From an uncultured Candidatus Rokubacteria bacterium (GTDB taxonomy: Bacteria > Methylomirabilota > Methylomirabilia > Rokubacteriales > CSP1-6), in contig CAVYTA010000006.1 in assembly GCA_963771355.1 (NCBI GenBank), positions 1,344,001 through 1,408,000 on the forward strand: a stretch of 64,000 nucleotides of DNA, given 5' to 3'. Positions 58,515 through 64,000 of this stretch are shown here, one piece after another; the first letter of the stretch is position 1, and every line of letters starts with the position of its first letter. The notes under the pieces were generated by a model that did not search any database, was not told the origin of the DNA, and was given only the letters and a program-made list of their open reading frames with translations. Position numbers and translations under genes: made by a program.

Positions 58515-59051
58515 CTACTCCTGGCCCTCGAGGATGAGCTTCACCACCTGCGGCGCGATCTCGCGCGCGCGCTGATCCAGCTGGGCCTCGGAGAGGTTGG
58601 CGATGGGATGCGGCATGGCGAGGAACTTGTACGCGGGCAGCCCCCACGACTGGGCCATCGCCCGCCCGGTGCCCTCGAAGACGTCGGTGACGATCGACGC
58701 GGCGGGAACGCCGTTCTTCTCCATCAGGATTCCGTCGAGCACACTGCCCGACGAGCAGGACCCTCAGTCGCCGATGCCGGCGACGACGACGTCGACGGTC
58801 CGCTTGGCCTCCTCCAGGATCTCCGCGTGCGCGGGGACGCTGGCATTGTGCTTCCGCCACATGCGGCACTCCGCCGCGCCGTAGTCGTTGATGAGGATCT
58901 CGCCGATCCGGTGCAGCAGCCGATCGGAGTTGAACTTGGTGTTCTCCACCAGGCCCACGCGCTTGCCCTTCAGCGAGTCCGGGCGCGCCACGAAGGTCAA
59001 CGGCTGGCGGCGCGGCTCCACGGTGGGGTCGAGGATTTCGATGGGTGCCAT
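58515..59051 (-). CDS. UGSC-motif selenoprotein (in-frame TGA at 58764-58766 read as Sec), 178 aa
   Basis: MAPIEILDP...VDVVVAGIGD-(TGA)-GSCSSGSVLDGILMEKNGVP...LEGQE reads as one frame across the TGA, giving a UxxC motif, with a SECIS-like hairpin downstream. Confidence 0.88.
58727..58763 (-). promoter_or_regulatory. Putative bacterial SECIS element
   Basis: 11 nt after the UGA comes the stem GUCGGGCA-GUG-UGCUCGAC with G in the apical loop. A possible lower stem is GGGUCC/GGAAUCC. Confidence 0.65.
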
Positions 59052-60100
59052 CAGGCCCTCCTCTCTCGGATGAGCTTCGTCACCGACTGGGAGGAGCGGC
59101 GGCCCCCCGCCCAGCCTGGGATGTAACACGAGAACGCGCCCGCGCGACCGCCCGCGGCGAGCACGAGCACGTCCTCCGGTCCCGCCACCAATGACTTGTA
59201 GGTGGTCTCGTCCTGCGGGGTCACTCCCCCGGGCAGGCGCTCCGTACGCTTGAAGTGGGCGAGGCTGACCTGGGTATTGTCGAAGACGTACTTCCGGATG
59301 TCGGCCTTGGTCCAGCCCCCCGCCGCGATGGTCCGCATGTGCTCGCCGGCGAGCACCACCACGTACTGGGGCTGACCCCCGGTGCTGTTGTGGTGACGCA
59401 TGTCGTCGCAGAGCGTCTTGAGGATCCCCTCCGGGGTGCTGGAGAGCTGGTTGTAGAACTGCCGCGGCCCTTCCGCCGACATCACCGTCACCGTGCTGTC
59501 GCCGGCGGCGAAGCCCCGCTCGACGTGCAGCGGTGTCCAGGGGCTCTCCGCCTCGTTCTCCGCGATCACGTAGGTGTACTTCCCGGGATGGCCGATGGTG
59601 CCACGGTCGAGCAGGCCGGGCAGCGTCCCGATCACGTTTCGCATGACCAGGCGCAAGGCGCGCCCCACGGTGGCGTTGGAGCGCCAGCCCGGCCCGAAGA
59701 GATTGTCCTCGCAGTTGAAGCCGAAGCGAGTGGCGATGGGCCCGTTGACGATCATGAGGACGGCGGCGCCGCCGGTGGAGGTGGCGGGTCCGTGATAGCC
59801 CCAGGCCGGCTCCGCGATGCCCTCCACTGCCGCCACCACGATGGGCATGTACTCGGGCCGGCAGCCCGCCATCACCGCGTTGATGGCGACCTTCTCCGCC
59901 GTCACCGCGACCTGGCGATTGGTGATGTAGGCGATCTGATGGTCCGGCTCGAGCCCGGCGGCCTCGAGCATGGCCCGCACCGCCGGCTCGGTGGGCGGGA
60001 CCACGGGGAGTCCGTCCGTCCAGCCCCGGTCGTAGCACAGCTCCATGGCCAGCCCGATGTCCGCGACGACGTGACGCTTGGAGGCGAGTGCCGTTGTCAT
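59051..60100 (-). CDS. Conserved uncharacterised protein, partner of the UGSC selenoprotein
   Basis: GWTDGLPVVPPT, INAVMAGC.PEY, NGP, GPG.RSNATVGRA, GHPGKY...AENE..SPW.PLH; TGATG coupling to the selenoprotein gene. Confidence 0.85.
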   Translation of the reverse strand: MTTALASKRHVVADIGLAMELCYDRGWTDGLPVVPPTEPAVRAMLEAAGLEPDHQIAYITNRQVAVTAEKVAINAVMAGCRPEYMPIVVAAVEGIAEPAWGYHGPATSTGGAAVLMIVNGPIATRFGFNCEDNLFGPGWRSNATVGRALRLVMRNVIGTLPGLLDRGTIGHPGKYTYVIAENEAESPWTPLHVERGFAAGDSTVTVMSAEGPRQFYNQLSSTPEGILKTLCDDMRHHNSTGGQPQYVVVLAGEHMRTIAAGGWTKADIRKYVFDNTQVSLAHFKRTERLPGGVTPQDETTYKSLVAGPEDVLVLAAGGRAGAFSCYIPGWAGGRRSSQSVTKLIRERRA

Positions 60101-60128
60101 GCCGGGGATTATACCCGAAGATGCGAGC

Positions 60129-61391
60129 ATGCCCGGGGCCGCGACGCCGCACGTGGTCATCGTGGGGGGCGGCTTCGCCGGCCTCAACGCCGCTCGCGTG
60201 CTCGCGCGCCGGCCGGTGCGCGTGACCCTGGTGGACCGCCGCAACCATCACCTCTTCCAGCCGCTGCTCTACCAGGTCGCCACCGCGGGGCTCTCTCCCG
60301 CCAACATCGCCACCCCCCTGCGGTCGATCCTGAGAAAAGCACCCGGCGTCCGCGTGCTCCTCGCCGCCGCCGAGCGCGTGGAGCCGGCGGCACGCCGCGT
60401 GATCCTCGACGAGGGCGAGCTGACCTACGACGCGCTCATCCTCGCGGTCGGCGCCACCCACTCCTACTTCGGCCACGACGAGTGGGAGACGCTGGCCCCC
60501 GGGCTCAAGACCCTGGAGGACGCGCTGGAGATCCGCCGGCGCGTGCTGCTCGCCTTCGAGGCCGCCGAGCGCGCGCGCGACGGCGCCGAGCGCCGCGCCC
60601 TCCTCACCCTGGTGGTCATCGGCGGCGGCCCCACCGGCGTGGAGCTGGCCGGCGCGCTGGCCGAGCTCGCGCGCCACACCATCGCCCGCGACTTCCGGGA
60701 GGTGGACCCGACCCAGACGCGGGTCGTCCTCCTCGAGGGGGGACCGCGAATCCTCGCGACCTTTCCCGAGGACCTCGCCCGCGCGGCGGCGCGCAGCCTC
60801 GAGCGCCTCGGCGTGGAGGTACGCACCGGCGCCCTGGTGACGCGTATCACGCCGGATGCGGTGTGGGTGGGCGGCGAGCAGATCCGTTCGCGCGCCGTGC
60901 TCTGGGCGGCGGGGGTGGCGGCGGCCCCGCTGGCCCACACGCTCGGCGTGCCGCTGGACCGCGCCGGACGCATCCCGGTCACCCCCGATCTCTCGGTGGC
61001 GGGGCATCCGGAGATCTTCGTGGCCGGCGATCTCTGCGCCTTCAGCCACGGGACGGACGGGCCCCTTCCCGGCGTGGCTCCGGTGGCAATTCAGCAGGGG
61101 CGGGCGGCGGCCGCCAATGCCTGGCGCCGGCTGGCCGGCGAGGCCACGCACCCCTTCCGCTATCGCGACCGCGGCAGCATGGCCACCGTGGGCCGCGCCG
61201 CCGCGGTCGCGGTGATCGGCCCCCTTCGGCTCTCGGGGCTCACCGCCTGGCTGGCCTGGCTCGTCGTGCACATCGCCTTCCTGATCGGCTTCCGGAACCG
61301 TTTCCTCGTGCTCTTCGAATGGGCATGGGCGTACAGCACGTGGCAGCGGGGCGCCCGCCTGATCACCGGCTGCTGGCGCGGTCCGGCCTAG
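60129..61391 (+). CDS. ndh: Type II NADH:quinone oxidoreductase
   Basis: GGGFAG, HLFQPLLYQVAT, GGGPTGVELAG, WAAGV, APVAIQQG. Confidence 0.92.
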   Translation: MPGAATPHVVIVGGGFAGLNAARVLARRPVRVTLVDRRNHHLFQPLLYQVATAGLSPANIATPLRSILRKAPGVRVLLAAAERVEPAARRVILDEGELTYDALILAVGATHSYFGHDEWETLAPGLKTLEDALEIRRRVLLAFEAAERARDGAERRALLTLVVIGGGPTGVELAGALAELARHTIARDFREVDPTQTRVVLLEGGPRILATFPEDLARAAARSLERLGVEVRTGALVTRITPDAVWVGGEQIRSRAVLWAAGVAAAPLAHTLGVPLDRAGRIPVTPDLSVAGHPEIFVAGDLCAFSHGTDGPLPGVAPVAIQQGRAAAANAWRRLAGEATHPFRYRDRGSMATVGRAAAVAVIGPLRLSGLTAWLAWLVVHIAFLIGFRNRFLVLFEWAWAYSTWQRGARLITGCWRGPA

Positions 61392-61439
61392 TACACTGGA
61401 ACGGTCCCACTACACTGAACCCGGAGGATTCGAGCGTCC

Positions 61440-63017
61440 ATGCCCCTCATCGCGTATTTCTCGATGGAGTACGGGTTGCACGAGGAGTTCCCCTCGTACG
61501 CCGGCGGTCTCGGTATCCTCGCCGGGGACTTCATGAAGTCGGCGGGCGACCTCGGGATGCCGGTGGTCGGCATCGGACTGCGCTGGGCCCAGGGCTACAC
61601 CGCCCAGCGCATCGGCGAGGACGGCCAGCCGGTGGACGAGTGGCACGATCACAAGCCCGACTTCCTCACCGATACCGGCACGCGGGTGCGGGTGCGCGTG
61701 GCCGCCCGTGAAGTCGAGTGCCGCGTGTGGCGCGTGGCGCGTTACCAGATCGCGCCGCTCTTCCTCCTCGAGCCCACCGACCCGCGCGACCTGTGGATCA
61801 CCCGCCGCCTCTATGACCCCCGCCCCGACTGCCGCATCGCCCAGGAGATGCTGCTCGGTATCGGCGGCATGCGCGCCCTCCGCGCCATGCACCAGCCGGT
61901 GGACCTCTACCACTTCAACGAGGGGCATGCGGTGTTCGCCGGGCTCGAGCTCATCGCCGACCGGATGGAGGCGGGGCATCAGTTCGAAGACGCGTGGCAG
62001 GCGGTGCGGCCCACCATCGTCTTCACCACTCATACCCCGGTGCCGGCGGGAAACGAGGCGCACTCGCTCGACGATCTCCACCGGCTCGGCGCGGACTGCG
62101 GCCTCCTGCCCGCCGAGCTGCGCGCGCTGGGCGGCGATCCGTTCAATATGACGGTGGCGGGGCTGCGCCTGGCCCACCGGGCCAATGCGGTGGCCCAGCT
62201 GCACGGCGAGACCGCGCGGAAGATGTGGGCGGGCGTGGAGGGCGCCGCGCCCATCATCGCCATCACCAACGGGGTCCACGTGGGCACCTGGCAGGACCCG
62301 CGCGTGCCCTCGGCACTGTCGAGCGACGGCGCGCTCCGCGCCACGCGGCGCGAGCTCAAGGAGGAGCTCTTCGCGGAGGTGGCACGGCGCACCGGGGTGC
62401 GCATGGACCCGGGCGCGCTGACCATCGGCTTTGCCCGGCGCGCCGCCACCTACAAGCGCCCCGATCTCCTCCTCCGCGAGCCCCAGCGCCTGGCCCGCCT
62501 CCTCAAGGAAGGGGGCGTGCAGGTGCTCTTCGCCGGAAAGGCGCATCCCGCGGACCAGGAAGGCAAGGCGGTGATCGCAAACCTGGTCCGGACCATCCGC
62601 CAGTGGCCGGAGTCCATCGCCTTCCTCGAGAACTACGACATGGGGCTGGCGCGCTTGCTCACGCGCGGGTGCGACGTGTGGCTCAACAATCCGAAGCGGC
62701 CGCTGGAGGCCTCGGGGACCTCGGGCATGAAGGCGGCCATGAACGGCGTGCTCAACCTGTCGGTGCTGGACGGCTGGTGGCCGGAGGGGTGCGAGCACGG
62801 CGTCACCGGCTGGGCCATCGGGGACGACACCGAGCCGCCCGACGTCGACCGCCGCGACCTCGCCGCGCTGTACGACACGCTGGAGACCGAGGTGCTGCCC
62901 ACCTGGGCCGCTCCCGACCGCTGGACGCGGATGATGCGCGCCTCCATCAAGATGGGAGTCGAGCGGTTCTCCTCCGACCGGATGGTGCGCGAGTACTTCG
63001 AGAAGCTCTACGTCTAG
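61440..63017 (+). CDS. glgP: Alpha-glucan phosphorylase, short form
   Basis: AYFSMEYG, YAGGLGILAGD, HFNEGH, FTTHTP, GFARRAATYKR, EASGTSGMKA (PLP Lys). Confidence 0.92.
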   Translation: MPLIAYFSMEYGLHEEFPSYAGGLGILAGDFMKSAGDLGMPVVGIGLRWAQGYTAQRIGEDGQPVDEWHDHKPDFLTDTGTRVRVRVAAREVECRVWRVARYQIAPLFLLEPTDPRDLWITRRLYDPRPDCRIAQEMLLGIGGMRALRAMHQPVDLYHFNEGHAVFAGLELIADRMEAGHQFEDAWQAVRPTIVFTTHTPVPAGNEAHSLDDLHRLGADCGLLPAELRALGGDPFNMTVAGLRLAHRANAVAQLHGETARKMWAGVEGAAPIIAITNGVHVGTWQDPRVPSALSSDGALRATRRELKEELFAEVARRTGVRMDPGALTIGFARRAATYKRPDLLLREPQRLARLLKEGGVQVLFAGKAHPADQEGKAVIANLVRTIRQWPESIAFLENYDMGLARLLTRGCDVWLNNPKRPLEASGTSGMKAAMNGVLNLSVLDGWWPEGCEHGVTGWAIGDDTEPPDVDRRDLAALYDTLETEVLPTWAAPDRWTRMMRASIKMGVERFSSDRMVREYFEKLYV

Positions 63018-63028
63018 CCGGCGCGAGC

Positions 63029-63480
63029 TTACTTCGCCTTGGCGATCTCGTCGGCCAGCTCCTGGGCGCGCTTTTGTCCATGGGCTGGAGGCGCTCCAGG
63101 ACCTTCCGCGCCTCCTCCACCTGCCCCATCTTCACGTAGGCCTCGCCGAGATACTCGAGCGCCTCCGGGAAGCGCGGCTTGAGCCGCAGCGCCTCGTCGT
63201 AGGCCTTCACCGAGTCGGGATAGTTGCCCACGTTCCTGAGCGCGTAGCCCAGCTCGTTCCACGCCTCCGGGTAGTCGGGCTTGAGCTCGGTGGCCTTCTT
63301 GAAGGACGCCACCGCCACCGACCACTCCTTCGCTTTCTTGGCGCGCACGCCCTTGCCGTACTCCTCCTCGGCCGGTGTCTGTACGGGACCTCGGCTGGGC
63401 GAATACGGGGTGGACTCGGCGCGCGCGGCGATGGGCGCGGCCACGATCAGAGCAAGAGCGAGCGCGATCAATGTCGTCAT
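63029..63480 (-). CDS. Small secreted TPR protein with apparent 1-nt frameshift near the 3' end
   Basis: Signal peptide MTTLIALALAL and TPR repeats. The natural ending KRAQELADEIAKAK* lies in another frame after ATGGACAAAAG. Confidence 0.75.
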
Positions 63481-63530
63481 AGGGCCTCCCTTCGAGCGTG
63501 GGATTCGTGGGCCTGCGCGTGACGGGACTA

Positions 63531-64000
63531 TCATAGCCCCCCGCGCAACCCCGTCCCCCGAATCGGTCGCACCGACAGCAACGCGAGCACGGCTGCGAGC
63601 GCGCAGACCCCGCCCGCGACCGCGAAGGCCGCGGTGAAGGCCCCGCTCCAGCCCAGCGCGCGCTCGAGCCCGCCGAACACGGTGGCGGAAGCCTGGACCC
63701 CCGCCACGATGCCCAGCGTGCGGCTCATGAAGGCCAGGCCGCCCGCCGCGCCCTGCCCCGCCGCCGGGAAGGCGCGCATCACCTGGGTGAGATTGGGCAC
63801 CTGGAAGAGGCCGAGGCCCAGTCCCACCAGGGCCAGCGCCGCTCCCACCAGCGGCCACGACGACGTCGCGTCGAGGCGGCTGATGAGGATGAGCCCGGCC
63901 GCTTCCGCCGTCAGCCCGAGCGTGATGGGAAGCCGCGGGCCCGCGCGATCGGTGATGCGGCCGGCCAGCGGCGACATGGCGGCGGTGCCGAGCGGCGTCA
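63531..64000 (-). CDS. MFS transporter (DHA2/EmrB-like), 3' part
   Basis: AGRITDRAGPR, GLGLGLFQVPN, SRTLG; hydrophobic; start lies outside the window. Confidence 0.85.
   Translation of the reverse strand, partial: TPLGTAAMSPLAGRITDRAGPRLPITLGLTAEAAGLILISRLDATSSWPLVGAALALVGLGLGLFQVPNLTQVMRAFPAAGQGAAGGLAFMSRTLGIVAGVQASATVFGGLERALGWSGAFTAAFAVAGGVCALAAVLALLSVRPIRGTGLRGGL

Noticed and set aside
58515..58742. Stand-alone 75-aa ORF, or a pseudogene interpretation of the split gene
   Set aside because: Better explained as the C-terminal half of a Sec read-through protein (UxxC motif plus hairpin).

Overview
GC-rich bacterial chromosomal segment with about 66 genes. Gene content suggests Candidatus Rokubacteria/Methylomirabilota, but that is inference only. 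No rRNA, tRNA, CRISPR array or mobile element was seen. In order, it holds: a Liv-type ABC cluster with an acyl-CoA ligase; dinB and an HD hydrolase; a large sulfur/Fe-S region (complete iscR-S-U-A-hscB-hscA-fdx-iscX, an oppositely oriented dsrEFH/tusDCB-like trio, then a second desulfurase, a divergent IscU and cysE); a GalT-like protein lacking its catalytic His, divergent from a nucleotidyltransferase-metallophosphoesterase pair; a MoxR/DUF58/VWA/TPR operon; a Tat transglutaminase and LysR; a 2-oxoacid dehydrogenase operon preceded by dcd-pup-fmdB; thrB and ccdA-tlpA; a DUF1537 kinase-pdxA2 pair followed by three paralogous peptide-binding proteins, two permeases and an amidase; mscS, dps, a peptidase cluster, NDH-2 and a short glucan phosphorylase. 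The top finding is a hidden selenoprotein gene (58515..59051, minus) that the ORF track splits at an in-frame TGA. It reads GD-U-GSC, is followed by a well-positioned SECIS-like hairpin, and is translationally coupled to a conserved uncharacterised partner. Together they form a candidate two-gene selenium redox system resembling the active site of glycine/proline reductase B. Other notable items are an orphan Pup (GGE), a probable GalT pseudo-enzyme, CTG starts, many apparently leaderless genes and tandem IscR-type operators.
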